Shown: positions 50,276 to 63,630, counted from the stretch's first letter. The stretch is DNA of 64,000 nt from Glycera tridactyla (GCA_965644265.1 OZ286459.1:67332001-67396000); one strand, 5' to 3'. Made by a program: numbers and translations. The notes: generated by a model not told the origin, from the sequence alone.

Positions 50276-50798
50276 TAAACTCAGTCTCTATTGTGACCTT
50301 CCCGAAATGAACTACTTCTGTTGCCTCTCCATTAATGGTTATGTAAGATTCTTCCTGTCAAACAATGCTCCTTGGTCATGCTTCAATGACTTCTCGTTCA
50401 TTTCATCTCCCTCTCCTCAAACAAAAGCCNNNNNNNNNNNNNNNNNNNNNNNNNNNNNNNNNNNNNNNNNNNNNNNNNNNNNNNNNNNNNNNNNNNNNNN
50501 NNNNNNNNNNNNNNNNNNNNNNNNNNNNNNNNNNNNNNNNNNNNNNNNNNNNNNNNNNNNNNNNNNNNNNNNNNNNNNNNNNNNNNNNNNNNNNNNNNNN
50601 NNNNNNNNNNNNNNNNNNNNNNNNNNNNNNNNNNNNNNNNNNNNNNNNNNNNNNNNNNNNNNNNNNNNNNNNNNNNNNNNNNNNNNNNNNNNNNNNNNNN
50701 NNNAATATCCAATGGCTATTATACTTGGCATATTGGTATATAATTGCTGTTAGCAATTTGACAGTCATACCCCTCCTCCCCCCCTGTGTTGGTTCACT

Positions 50799-50840
<42 letters not shown>

Positions 50841-50939
50841 TGTGTGTGCGCGCATGTTGCTATGTGTGAATACCCCATGGCTAACATACTTGTGATATTG
50901 GTATCCAATTACTGTTAGCAATTTGTGAGTTATGGCTAC

Positions 50940-51430
50940 CCCCCCCCCCCCTCCACCCCCCTGTTGGTTAGATGGGTGAAAAGAAATGATGATTTCCGGA
51001 CAATAACTTCATGGATTTCAGGGCTAGCTGTCTCAAACTTTGTGTACCTCCTTTCCTAGACTATGGATTTACATCTTCAATTTCAAGGTCACTGAGTGCA
51101 AAATGGTTTCCGGACAATAACTTCATGAGTTTCGGGGGTAGCCTTCTCAAACTTGGTGTAAGCCTCTCATAGACTATGGCAACACACCCATCGATTTTGC
51201 ACTGGCCAGCTTTAATTTCAAGGTCACTTAATGGGAAAAAGGTCAAAAGAGTTTCTGGACAATCACTTCATAAATTACAGGGGTGGCTTTGACAAACTTG
51301 GTGTACAGGCTATGGCAAGATTTTGGGGTTGCCATCTCAGTGTGCATCTACAGGCTAGTAATGATAAACTGGTATGGTGCCAAAAGGTCAAAGGTCAAGG
51401 TCACAGGAGCTATTTTCAGAATTTGAGAAT
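50940..51430 (+). mobile_element. Decayed copy of the 5.1-kb HINE family
   Basis: Three core repeats TTTCCGGACAATAACTTCA...AATTTCAAGGTCACT matching 5197-5480. Confidence 0.7.
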
Positions 51431-51871
51431 ATGGACAAATCTCACTTTGTGAATTGTTCTAGTTTCCTGGGTCACTGATCAAGACCTGATCAACAGCTTC
51501 CCTTGTCAGCAAGATTCCACTCAAACCCCTGACCCAAATTCAACTGAACTTCTCTGATGCCTAGGCATATTCTCGAGGACAAATCCTACACAAAGAGAGC
51601 CCCCCCCTCCCCCCCCCCCCCCCCCCCCGGTACCCCAGTACACCTCATACCCCAGGACACATTTTCATACTCACGACTAGGTATACTACATCATTGGTCA
51701 CTCAAAGGATAGTTGTCAACCAATAATGTCTAGCTTTTCAGTGAGCATGCTGACTTGAAGATCAATAAGCAAGCAGGTAGACCCAGGCATGTATGCGGCT
51801 AGTGAATAATTACAAAGTCTGGGGGAGACATATTGAGTGAGGAGGTGCCTCACTAAAATTCTAGTATTAAT

Positions 51872-52310
51872 AGCACAGAGTGGGAATATAGGTCACGCAG
51901 AGTGGGAATATAGGTAGCACAGAATGTGGAATATAGGTAGCACGGAGTGGGAATATAGGTTGCACAGAATGTGGAATATAGGTAGCACAGAATGTGGAAT
52001 ATAGGCAGCACAGAATGTGAAATATAGGTAGCACATAGTGGGAATATAGGTTGCACAGGATGTGGAATATGGGTAGCACAGAATGTGAAATATAGGTAGC
52101 ACATAGTGGGAATATAGGTTGCACAGGATGTGGAATATGGGTAGCACAGAATGTGGAATATAGGTAGCACAGAGTGGGAAATATTGGTAGCACAGAGTGG
52201 GAATATAGGTAGCACAGAATGTGGAATATAGGTAGCACAGAATATGAAATATAGGTAGCACAGAATGTGGAATATAGGTAGCACAGAGTGGGAAAATAGG
52301 TAGCATAGAA
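51872..52310. repeat. Minisatellite of mixed 22/23-bp units, about 20 copies
   Basis: GCACAGAATGTGGAATATAGGTA and GCACAGAGTGGGAATATAGGTA; source of the spurious ORFs at 51853-52508. Confidence 0.95.
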
Positions 52311-52377
52311 TAGATATTTTTCTTGCTCTCCAGTGATGAATATGTTCTCCACAAAAATAAATTTAAAAGATGGTATA

Positions 52378-52645
52378 CAGTGAAACCTGTGACAAGAGAC
52401 CGCCTTGAATGTCATCAAAAAGCAGTCTCTCCAAAGAGGTGGTCTCTCGTCGGAGGTATATTTGACTATGTCAAATAGAAAAGCAGCCCTGGAAAAGTGT
52501 TCTCCCATTGGACGTGGTCTATGTCAGGGGGTTTCTCGTCACAGGTTTCACTTTATATCCACATGAATGTTATGGAGTTCAATAGTAAATTGTATCCTGT
52601 CAGAGGTGGTCTCTTGTCGGGGGTCTCTCGTCGCAGGTTTCACTG
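52378..52645 (-). mobile_element. MITE family D plus a duplicated terminus
   Basis: Full copy at 52378-52553, then a second right end at about 52600-52645, each followed by the same ~30-40 bp flank (TATATCCACATGAATGTTATGGAGTTCAA). Confidence 0.75.
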
Positions 52646-53214
52646 TATATCCACATGAATGTTATGGAGTTCAACAGTACGTTATATCATCATATAATGA
52701 TTACATGTGTCCCAGCTTGATTGATGCTCTTGTTACTGATCTTCTTCTGCACATCCATCACAAATATAGAATAATAAGTTTTGTTCAACCATGCTAGTAC
52801 AAACTCATTATGAGTGTGAAGGAAAATTAGATACATGCATCAATATTATAAGTCAACAAAGAGGCCATTCAGTGGCAAATTATTAACCTGTGCTGTCAGC
52901 CTCATCGATTTTGACAAATGTAAGCCTTGAAAAAAACTATCACAAATATATACATCATATCATGAAGTAGGCCGAGGAATATTCATATTTGCATTGCTGG
53001 AGGGAGATGCAATGAAATTGAACCCATTTATAATACCTGCGAGCCGACCTCCTCTTTGGTTGTTTTCATATGGAGTGGGTGTAGAGTCCATACTAGTGAA
53101 TGCACATACATACATCGATTGTTTGGAGCCAGACTATATGTGTGTGTAGCTAATATTATTTACATATGAAAAGCCAGCATGGTAGTCGGGAGTGAACACA
53201 ATGCAGGCAAACTA

Positions 53215-53709
53215 CAGTCGGTTCGCCGTTTTTTGTGGCACCCGTTTGTCGTTGATATTTCATTGGAATATGCATCCGAATAAAAAATATGAATGCTGCT
53301 ACTTACGATGATCAATTTCGCTCATATATCTTCTCAAATTCCACCTATTCTGTCAATGTTTGTGAAAGAATTCGTCAGCACGAGAAGCAAATATGGGCTT
53401 GTTCATTGCCGTGACATTACAAACGAACGTACGAAGCTGTCAGTTGACATGTCACCTCGTTTATGATGTCATAATGTGATTCCCCGAGTCAGAACCGTCA
53501 CGTACGCGTCTTATGAACATACGACAATGCACTGATCAAAAACTAGGGCTAAATTTGTGGGTTTCCCTTCGTGACATTAGATATTTCTGTTGGATTCTGA
53601 ATAGGTCATCAGCAACTTCAAACGATGTTCCTCGCACATATATCGGTATCATATCCTTTGAAGAATGATCGGCGAAAAACAGGCGCCACAAAAAACGGCG
53701 AACTGACTG
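53215..53709. mobile_element. Tc1/mariner-type MITE family F, 495 bp
   Basis: 28-bp TIR CAGTCGGTTCGCCGTTTTTTGTGGCACC versus the reverse complement of GGCGCCACAAAAAACGGCGAACTGACTG (2 mismatches); TA on both sides; CpG-retaining interior. Confidence 0.9.
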
Positions 53710-54457
53710 TAGGAGGCTTACCCTTCTCTATCTGCTGGAGCAATATCAGATTGATTGACCAGAGGTCAATAGACCTTTTGAGAGAAGGCGCGGTGAGCAG
53801 CATGAGCGGGGGGGGGGGGGGGGGGGAGTCGCGATAACGGCCCCTAGCAACCCTGCAACCTTGGACAAGCGGAGCTGTCAACAGCTATATATGAGCATTG
53901 ACACCAGTGAAGAACTCACATTCGGGGGTGCTTTTCACACATTTCTGGGGCCATGGCTCACCATCAGTCACAGTATACCTTTGAGCCGTGGCTTCCATAC
54001 CATCACAGCTCATCTGTGACATCTATCAGAGCCTGTTGAGCTGCTCTGCTTGAGTGATTTCTGGCAGCAGGAGTAGAAATGGAGAGGGATAATGATGGTG
54101 ATGTTGGGGCACAGGTGGTCTTGTTGATGACGACCACGACGACGACCACGACGTCGACGACAATGATAATAATAATAATAATAATGATATGATGATAATA
54201 ATGATAATAATAATGATAATAATAATAATAATTTGTTTCTCAGGTTGAATAATGAGAGATCCCTGGAGCTATAGATCAAGTGTGTTTGGGCGATCATTCA
54301 TAATGATAATCATAATCGTAATCGTAATCGTAATCATAATAGTAAGAGGGGGAGGGAGGGAGAGAGAGAGAGGAAGAGGGGTGATCATATTATTGATTAT
54401 CTATCACCAGTTATCATGTGTTGCACCAGAGCACAATTGAAGATCATCGTCGGAGCA

Positions 54458-54500
<43 letters not shown>

Positions 54501-54543
54501 CAATGATAGGTGATGATGCCGTACACTTCAGTCATTATCATCA

Positions 54544-54604
<61 letters not shown>

Positions 54605-57600
54605 TCTGATCGAACAGCACACAAAAGTCGGCGTCAATTAAAGCGAGTAAGACAGAAGCTACGGTTATCGTGGGGGGAGGTGTGAAAAACACCGTCGATG
54701 GACATGAATTTATCATGCTCGAACGATTTACAAAGTCGCAGCCACCCCCACCCCCCTATGTGTGTTTGTTATGGATGCTCATATTGTGGCAGATGGAGGT
54801 GGTGATAGTGGTGTTAAGGATGTGGTATTCAAGATAAAATAGAAGCGATACTAGGATGAAAAATCCAGAGCAAATTAAAGTGACTTTCAATATAGATGGA
54901 TACGATTCTATATGGCGCGGTCGTTTGTTTGACTCGTTAGCAACGCATCTGCCGCCGTTAGATGTCGCTGGCGGTCTTCTCTCAACTCGGGTATTGCTCG
55001 GCTTCGGAGAATGATCTGATTGATTGTTTGATGGAAGATGCCAGTCAGCAATGTAATATTCTATGATTGATTAAGCTGCATGTGACCGAGATGCTGGTAT
55101 ATATGTCAGTTTATTGAGTTTCTTGTGATATTGCTGCTAACCACTATGATGTCCGCCTAATTGACTGATTGATTGATTGATTTAGTCTACTCTTATTTTG
55201 GCTAGACATTACCACCCATCCACCCTTGATAATTAAATTTTTCTAATTTCTCTTTGATATGAGGGAGACAGGGGGGGGGGGGGGGGGTCCAGGGGAGCAG
55301 AGCCCCTTGAAATACTGTATCACCAAAAATAAGATTGCACAATATTTAGGAAATGGAAGGTAATACGTTATTCTATCCATGTCTGAAATGTGAGGTAGAA
55401 CGATCGAGAACTTATAGAAACATCAGCAAATGCTTTGGGTGAATTTTACATGGTGGTCGCACAGCCGACAGACTAGCAATGGACGAGACATTCCAACGAT
55501 AAACATGTTGCATGAATCGCCATTCTTGGTGGGATTTTCAAACTCTGAAGAGTTAACCGTCAAATATATTCTTTCAAATAGAAATATTGGATGATAAATA
55601 CAGAATACCCCTTGTGCCATGGACAGGAAAGCCTTACCTACCTTGCATCCTGCCCCGGGAAGGCACAAGCATCCATACCCAGTTTCAACAGCTCCATTTC
55701 AGGACATTGGTGCCTCATGTGAGGCTCTGTTGATAGGTCATGATTCATTATCTCAATAACCATAAACCGCAGACTGATCACATAGAAATGGCTGGAGACA
55801 ATACATTTTCAAAAGAGTTTCATTCTGACTGATCAGCAGAGAAGGTTGGTAGTCATGGCATATGGAAATTTAAGATGGCTGCCCAAAAATCAATAGGTAT
55901 CTTGCCATACCCTGGAAGAGTCTGTACACCAAGGTTGACATAGCTAGCCCTGAAACTTTTTGAGTTATTATACATAAACACCATACTCATGCTTTGAGGG
56001 TTCATTAAGCATGATAAATATCATCACTCTACAAAATATTTGTCTCTATCATGAGAAAGGTGATAAAAGATCATCACATTGAGTTTCTATGAATAACTGC
56101 ATAACTATGTCTGAAAAAATTGATTTTCCTATAGCTATGGCTACTTGGCGGCCATTTTGAATTTTGCTCAAAAAACACATTTCCTGATACCTTAGGACTT
56201 TTAGTATGTTGTTTTAGACCATAATGGGAGTACAATGCCACAGAAATAAATTCTGTTGCAATTTGTTTTGGGTCTAACCTTATTTTGACTGGACTAATAT
56301 GAATGAACTGTGAACTGGTGAAAATGGATCAAGATGGTGGGAGGAGAGATTGGAGGGTAATGGTGTGGGGGCTGCTCATTTCCATTCAGTGAGGATTACT
56401 CCATTATTGATGGCAAGCATGTATTGTGATCCTAATGAAATAAGACTCCTTCGCATACAATCAAAGCCTGATAGCTCATCTCTGGAAGAAATCTGAAGCT
56501 GTAGCATTATTGTATCCAGGTAATGAGTGTATGTTCTCTTGATATTATATTCTGTCTATGATCAATGCTGCAAATGAAAGTGCGGGTGGGTGACAAGATA
56601 AGCAAGTCGAGGATGGAAATGAGAATGAAAATGCAAAGAATATCCACTACTGCATGACCGGAGTATCTTCACATATGTCCATCCCATATCATAATTATAA
56701 TTGAGCTCAAAGATTCAGTCTGGCCACTGATGGTTTGATCCTGATCCCATATTTGCATTTTATGTGTACCTTCCTTACACAACATAGACTGTTTCATTTT
56801 CTGGCATATGGACATCAACAGTATCATATGATAGTATATGATCATGAAACCAACTTGGTGATTTTTCCTTTCTCCCAGTGTTGCTTGCATATTTGTAGTT
56901 GGTAAATTGCTGTGTAAGTTTCAATGATACACTCACCTGTGTTTGAAATGTATCATCTTTGTATGTATCCAAGGCATTACCAGGGGTTATGGTAATCATC
57001 TAACCTGACACCTATTGTTCTAAATTCAATTTCTCTCCATATACAATGGTTAAAATTCTAATATCATGCACAATGTAAGAGTTTAAGAATATCTCAAATA
57101 TGGGCAAGGTTCAACCTGAATGGTGAGCACATACTTGTGGAAGAACCAGCTTCCGTTGCATGGTAATTTGGCACAGATTTCAATGTTCAATATGGAATTT
57201 CCATAACGATGAGCAGTGGCCTTATTCAGATTTCATTAGAATTATTGGCTAGTGTCAATGTGCCCATATTTGATTAGAAAATTAGCCACGCTGTAGGGTC
57301 ATCATTCAGCAGGAATTGGAGATTAATAGCAAACTGGACAATGCGGTATGACATCAAGTATAGTGCAGTTCATCAGTCATAGCTCCTTTTATAAATTGTT
57401 GGTGTGCCTTCTCGAATATTAAAACCACTTTCTACACCCCATGAGATATTTAACGCCCTCGCCACTCATGCATCATAATGTCAATATTGTTCAGACCGTA
57501 TTAAGGGAAGAGCAGTACTGCAACTCAGCATTTCAAGTATATTCTTACCTCTGAAAGTGTATCAGTATTTATATTCTATAACTTTGCTGAGTGCTTGTCT

Positions 57601-57857
57601 TTAAGTGATTGTTTCCATCATCTTTCACTATGGCAACCAGTGACATCGGTGTTTGTGTCATTTTGATGGATGTATCCCTTGCTACTAATAAGCATGCACA
57701 GATTGGACATAATAGCATCATTTATATCTGAGATGAATGCAATCTCCGGATTAATCATATCCATCTTGTTGAAATCATGACACACCCTCTCATCAGTTTT
57801 GCCTTCACTGCCCCTGTTTATGTGTGTGTGTGTGTGTGTGTGTGTACGTGTGGGTGT

Positions 57858-58035
57858 GACAAGAGCGCTGGCAGTTTGTTGCTGGCGAGGGTGCCAAACT
57901 GGAAGCTTGATGGTTCAAATCCCATACAAGCCAAAAAATAATTTGGGCATTTGGAACACGTTTCATGGACCTGTTGCCAGTACAATCTGGAAATATGTCT
58001 CTGACATGATTTCTATCCCTAAAAAAATGTGTGTG
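57858..58035 (+). mobile_element. 5'-truncated copy of the same SINE
   Basis: Near-identical to 58151-58330 (293-bp offset); B-box at 57912-57923, A-box missing. Confidence 0.7.
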
Positions 58036-58130
58036 AATGTGAGTGCCAGGTTTCGTGATACATTGACTTCTGGGGGTAACACACTGCCAGTGCTCTGGCT
58101 TAACTGCATCCATAGTGAATCCATTTTTGT

Positions 58131-58319
58131 GGATCCGCCGTGGTGCAGAGGACAAGAGGGCTGGCAGTTTCTTGCTGGCGAGGGTGCCAAACTGGAAGCT
58201 TGATGGTTCAAATCCCATTCAAGCCAAAAAAAAATTTGGGCATTTGGAACACATTTCATGGACCTGTTGCCAGTACAATCTGGAAATGTGTCTCTGACAT
58301 GATTTCTATCACTAAAAAA

Positions 58320-58389
<70 letters not shown>

Positions 58390-58390
58390 T
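58131..58390 (+). mobile_element. tRNA-derived SINE with downstream (GT)n
   Basis: A-box-like TGGTGCAGAGG at 58141-58151, B-box GGTTCAAATCCC at 58205-58216 ending ...CAAGCCA, then a conserved body and a long (GT)n. Confidence 0.7.
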
Positions 58391-59039
58391 CTCACTTTAA
58401 GTGTCATATAATGCGACTCACGTTACTGAGTTACTTCTGTGGTCAGTTAGTTGTGTTGGGTGTCTCAATGTTAAGTAAAGTCTTTTGAGTTCAATTGTGG
58501 CAGGTACGTTTTTCACAATAGCATAGGGAATTTGCCCCAGAATGGAATGATCTCCAGTAACCAGAAATGTGATCACAGAGAGGTCCTCCTGTTTGTTTTA
58601 CCTAGAAATGCCAAATATATCGAGTTCTCGCTAGTTACGCGGCAAGTGCGGTGGCCATATCTCCACTGTTTCACATACAGATTCTTTCTGGATTTCTGCC
58701 CGTCTCTTCAATGTAGAAAGTATTGCATTGAACGCTATCAAATCTGTATATGGCTGAAGATTTTTCATCCTGATGTATTTTTTCTTTGGAGTAGACAAGC
58801 TTATCATCAAAGAGTATTGAGAGCTTCCACATAGACACTTGAAGAGGCAATGGTGATATGTGCAATAATGCACAAATTCATGAACCCCAGGTCATGACCA
58901 ATGCAGCTGGCCCGAAATAAGAAAATGACCCGACGAATTTTTTTTCTTCAAAATTTTGCTGAGGATATGAAGGGGATTCCAGAGTGGGAATATTAGGGTT
59001 ATAGGGTTAATGTTGTGTGAGCTCTCCCTCTATGAAGAG

Positions 59040-59320
59040 TCACTGGGAATGACCATCATGTCATTCACATATCATCTTCAGGGACGTACTTCATTGCTGA
59101 ATGTGTCTATAACACACCTCTCTATCCTGTCCAGTGAAATGGATGTAAATGGGGTGCCAACCTCGGGGTCAGGACTGACTCATTCATATATTCTGCTGTT
59201 GGCATGGTTGAAATACATATTGGCAAATTATTTAGGCTTGAGTGTGGTGTACATGTCATTGCCATGCCTGATGTCCAGGAGGATAGCATTACTCATGAAG
59301 CAATCCAAAAACTCTCCCCT
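59040..59320 (-). pseudogene. Possible decayed Penelope-like RT fragment
   Basis: Minus strand shows SGMAM.., FANMYF and R*YVNDMMVI (cf. GxAMG, ANxYM, RYVDD) across frameshifts. Confidence 0.3.
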
Positions 59321-60705
59321 CTACCCCTCTCCTCTCTTCCCCCTTTTCTCCCTCTGCCACTGCTCACCCATTTCCCATGCTCTCACTCTGTATCTACGTC
59401 TCTGTCTNNNNNNNNNNNNNNNNNNNNNNNNNNNNNNNNNNNNNNNNNNNNNNNNNNNNNNNNNNNNNNNNNNNNNNNNNNNNNNNNNNNNNNNNNNNNN
59501 NNNNNNNNNNNNNNNNNNNNNNNNNNNNNNNNNNNNNNNNNNNNNNNNNNNNNNNNNNNNNNNNNNNNNNNNNNNNNNNNNCTCCCTCTCTCACTCACTC
59601 CCTCTTTCTCAACTGATTTAGTAATCACTAGTCTTTCTTTTGAGAAGAATTCCCATGAACCTCCTAAATCTATCGTGTGTGAAGGAGGATGTCTCTTCTG
59701 TCTCAACAGCAGCATTTGTATTTTGTGAGGTGTCATGCCTACATTGGTTCGGGAGGCTGATAGATATCATGAAGATACAGGGCATTATTGGAATGTGAAA
59801 GACACATAGAAATAAGCTGGGCATTTGAAATCTGACTCTCTTGGCAGCATCGATTTGATCACAAAAAGCTGCTGGCACATAATGCCATTGAATCTCATGT
59901 ATATCACAGAGCCAGATCACATGACAAATCCCTGTAATGGATACACGTTCAATTTGTGACTGGAGGGGCTTCCACAAATAGTGACTTAAATTTCCAGGTC
60001 AATGGGTTGAAAGAACCATGGCATGAAAAAATGGCTGTTATTGTAGAGTATATGGTATGGGCTAACATTTTTCCAGGTAGGCACTTTGATAAAAAATGTT
60101 GCCCAGGAGTTTATGGTATATTATTCATACAAGTTTGACATGAATTGTAAGCAATAAGTATGGGGTTATTTGTATGATTTATATCGAGCAAAAACATGCT
60201 GCAAGAAGAAAATCAATGAATTTGATGAGAAATCTCTTGTAGATTTTGTCATGTCATCACCCACAAATGACCCCAAATCGATTTTCATATTGAAATCAAT
60301 CATGGGATAAGGGTGAGAATTGATGCCAGTTGAAGATTGGCTTTTTATCACTTTTTGGGTGCTTCTTCGACTCCTGACACTCTCTTTATGAGAAATAGCA
60401 TAGATATTCAACTGGTCTGGGTCATTTGCTTCTTATATGAACTTCATTGAGTATATCATAGTTTGGTTGCAGAATTTCACTCCAGGGTTGATAATGTATG
60501 TAGAGTATACTCAAGTTGGGAAAAGAATATAGAGATATACATTGGAGAGTACATACAAAGGAAAAGGGGTGTGAAATTCTCTGATATAACTGGCACCATT
60601 GCTCATTGTGATATTGGTCACCAGGACAATTCCATTCGATTGTGATGGTATTCATATAGAATGTACCAAGTTCCGGGTAGGACCTGACATGAAGGGCATC
60701 CTATA

Positions 60706-60881
60706 CAGTCAAACCTGTCTATAAAGACCACCTTTGGTCATCAAAAAGTGGTCTTTACAGGCAGGTGGACTTTATAGAGAGGTCATTTACTGTTGAAAAT
60801 ACTACAACAGTCGCAGCTCAGGGTGGTCTTTATAGAGAGGTGGTCTCTATAGAGAAGTAGTCTTTAGAGCAGGTTCGGCCG
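60706..60881 (+). mobile_element. MITE family A
   Basis: TA|CAGTCAAACC...GGTTCGGCCG|TA. Confidence 0.85.
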
Positions 60882-62322
60882 TATCTATCATTGGATATTT
60901 GTATTTGAAAAAAATTTAATTCAACATGTGAAAGCCTTTGAAATTTGAAAATCCCTGAAAGAATGGTGGATTGATAGCTGTATCTCACCAAGCTATGCCT
61001 GCATTTGCAGCAGACAACAATCATGACCTACTTTCATGAGATTGTGTCACGTGACTCTTTAGGGTTATCAGACATGTGTGTTAACCTCTCAGGTTATAAC
61101 CCAACTCTGAACCAGCATAGTAGCCGGTGATTACATACATACTGAATAGAAAAATGATAAAGCTCAGTTTTCTGTCTGTGTGATATGAGAGATGCAAGCC
61201 AAGGAAAGTATATGACAAAAGGTACACTTGCAAGAAATGTCTCATGTTTTGGAGGCAGGTAGAATATCCTCCATGAAGACATGCATGGTGAGAGTCATGT
61301 TTACCTGAACTGATCGAGGGAGCTAATCTGTAGTAATCTCAGTGACAGATTAACCCAGTTCCTGCTTATCCAGGTGGTCTAAGCCAGGGGTGATACCAGG
61401 GATAACAGAAATCATTAATTTTGATTCAGCTGACGGAATGGATTATCAAAGTTTCATTGGCAGATTGTCATCTGGATTAAAACATGATGATCATTCACAG
61501 TTTGATAATTATTCATGTAACAAATTATTCTATAATTGAGAAAGGGCAGGGCCAGTTCATTGTTTTTGACTGAGCCCATACTGCTTGGAGTCACTATGGT
61601 CTATTGAATTTGTTGTGTATTATGAAAAATGGATTTAAACATTGGATTTTTACAATAACTGTCATTCATCCGATTTCATTCATCATTACGGTCGCATTCC
61701 TTTAATGGCTGAGCATCTTTAGTACCTAGAGGCAAGTATATTGTCATACCTGAGTGAATTAAAGCAGTCACTACATATATTTATCTGCTCAGTCATCTTA
61801 GCACATCAGTGTCCCCATGTGAATAGAACAGTTCATAGCAATCAGTGTTTGTTCTGAAGTATGCTCAATATGCAATATGAGACAGATAAAATTTGGCGCA
61901 TCCCACAATGGGGCCATGGGCATTGATATTTTGTGGATCAATGGGGCTATTCTGCACTTGAAAAAAATGGATAAACGCACAGCCAGAATTCCAGCTCTAG
62001 CCTATCTCAAACAGGAATTATGCACTGGTGAAAGATAGACAAAATAGATGTATGTAACGAAAGATTAAGTTCAGGTTAGAGTTGATGCATGGAGTCCCAT
62101 GAAAGAAGGGATCACAGCACAGGTGATATTTAGACAAAATAATAATGGTAGAATTCAAGATGGAGTGGAGAGATCTAGCTGTTTCACTTTGCCACCAGAC
62201 AGGACCAGAACACCCTGGCTGACCGAGGGCTCACCAAGCTTTTAGTCAAACAGTGCCTAGTTGCCTTGTTAATTGACCCATTCATGATGAGAAGACCCCA
62301 AAGACTGCTGCCAGCAACACTG

Positions 62323-62460
62323 TTAAGATAAGATAAGATAAGATAAGATAAGATAAGATAAGAGTCGTTTATATGACTTTGAAGTATACAACATAGTATG
62401 TATAGAAATAAGAGTGTAAACAATCCCCATATATACATAATAGAGGGTATATACCCGGGA
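62323..62460 (-). mobile_element. Probable LINE 3' terminus with (TCTTA)n tail
   Basis: Minus strand reads ...CATATAAACGAC(TCTTA)x8, preceded by AT-rich UTR-like sequence. Confidence 0.45.
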
Positions 62461-62904
62461 CATCTCTAATCGATACATTCACCGGTTTTAGAGGTTCACA
62501 TGACTGGTAATATTCAGGAACAATGTCAACATTTCATGTTATGGAGCACTGACCTAATAATTCATGATTCCATGTTGTTTTATCACAATATGTTGACCTT
62601 TGATAATATGCTGAATGAGTGACTCCCCCTCATGTACTCTACAACATGTGGACAGCAATGAATGGAAATTTTACAAGACAATTATGACTAGATGGTCGAG
62701 AAATCTGTGAATGGTGGATTGTGCCTCTGATCAGCTTATTCAGCCGCTATTTGTGGTAGTAAGGCTAGCCCAGCACATAAGACTGCATGCTTCCACCCAG
62801 GCTTGTTGGGTGGTGAAATGCTTGGGTTCCTGGCTCCACCAAAGAACTCAAATAATTTCTCAGGATGTACTTACAACAATTCCATTGTTGCATCATGATA
62901 TATA

Positions 62905-63080
62905 CAGTTGAACCTGCTATAAAGGGCACCTGTATTAAGCAACCACCTGCCTTAAGCAACCGCTTTTGAAAATCCCTCCAGAGTATTTCTCACTATAATT
63001 GACCTGTATTAGACAACCACCTGTCTTAAGCACCCACTTTTCACTGTCCCGAGGGTGGTTGCTCAATACAGGTTTGACTG
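62905..63080. mobile_element. MITE family E (AAGCAACCACC motif)
   Basis: TA|CAGTTGAACC...GGTTTGACTG|TA. Related, more decayed copies at about 20460-20574, 21540-21722, 25275-25424 and 45250-45395. Confidence 0.85.
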
Positions 63081-63395
63081 TAATTTCTTTCTGACAAAAG
63101 AACTTCACATCCATGTTGACTCGCAAGTTGTATGTACTCAAACCCTGGAATATAGTTTCAACAGCCGCACACACTTTATTCAATGCATTATTTGAAGAAA
63201 TCTATCTTTATCTGGATCTGATAACAATATCATCATATGGGTCCTTCCTCTTGTGATGGGAACATAGAGGGGCTGTTACCAACATCGTACTTATACTGTA
63301 ATTGATCTTGAGAGTCTCTCATGATTGCATACACATGTAATAGACATGTACACACCCATTATTATACCCAATCATGCGAATTACCTGACATTTGA

Positions 63396-63630
63396 TTATA
63401 CCCCCGCCAAAACGAAGTTTGGATGGGGGTATACTGGAGTCACTCTGTCGGTTTGTCGGTTGGTCGATTGGTTGGTCGGTTGGTCTGTCCGCAAAAGTTT
63501 GTCCCGCGAACTACTCCCACGTTTCTTAAGCTATTGGATTGAGTCTTTGCATATGTCATCACCATAAAGTGTAGATGTGCAAGACACAATTTTCATGCAG
63601 ATTGGTCAACAAATTACAGAGTTATTCAAG
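63396..63630 (+). mobile_element. HINE-like element
   Basis: TTATACCCCC...GGGGGTATA IR, then (GTCG/GTTG)n, then core. Confidence 0.7.

Noticed and set aside
51853-52508. Cys/Tyr/Pro-rich ORFs up to 213 aa
   Set aside because: Minisatellite translation; all three minus frames are similarly open.
55642-55726. Possible minus-strand exon (PHMRHQCPEMELLKLGMDACAFPGQDA)
   Set aside because: Weak acceptor, no recognisable homology, and phases do not join neighbouring candidates at 56.9 or 43.6 kb.
58131-58225. Functional tRNA gene
   Set aside because: No proper acceptor or anticodon stems, an irregular T-stem, and it is attached to a repeated body; treated as a SINE head.
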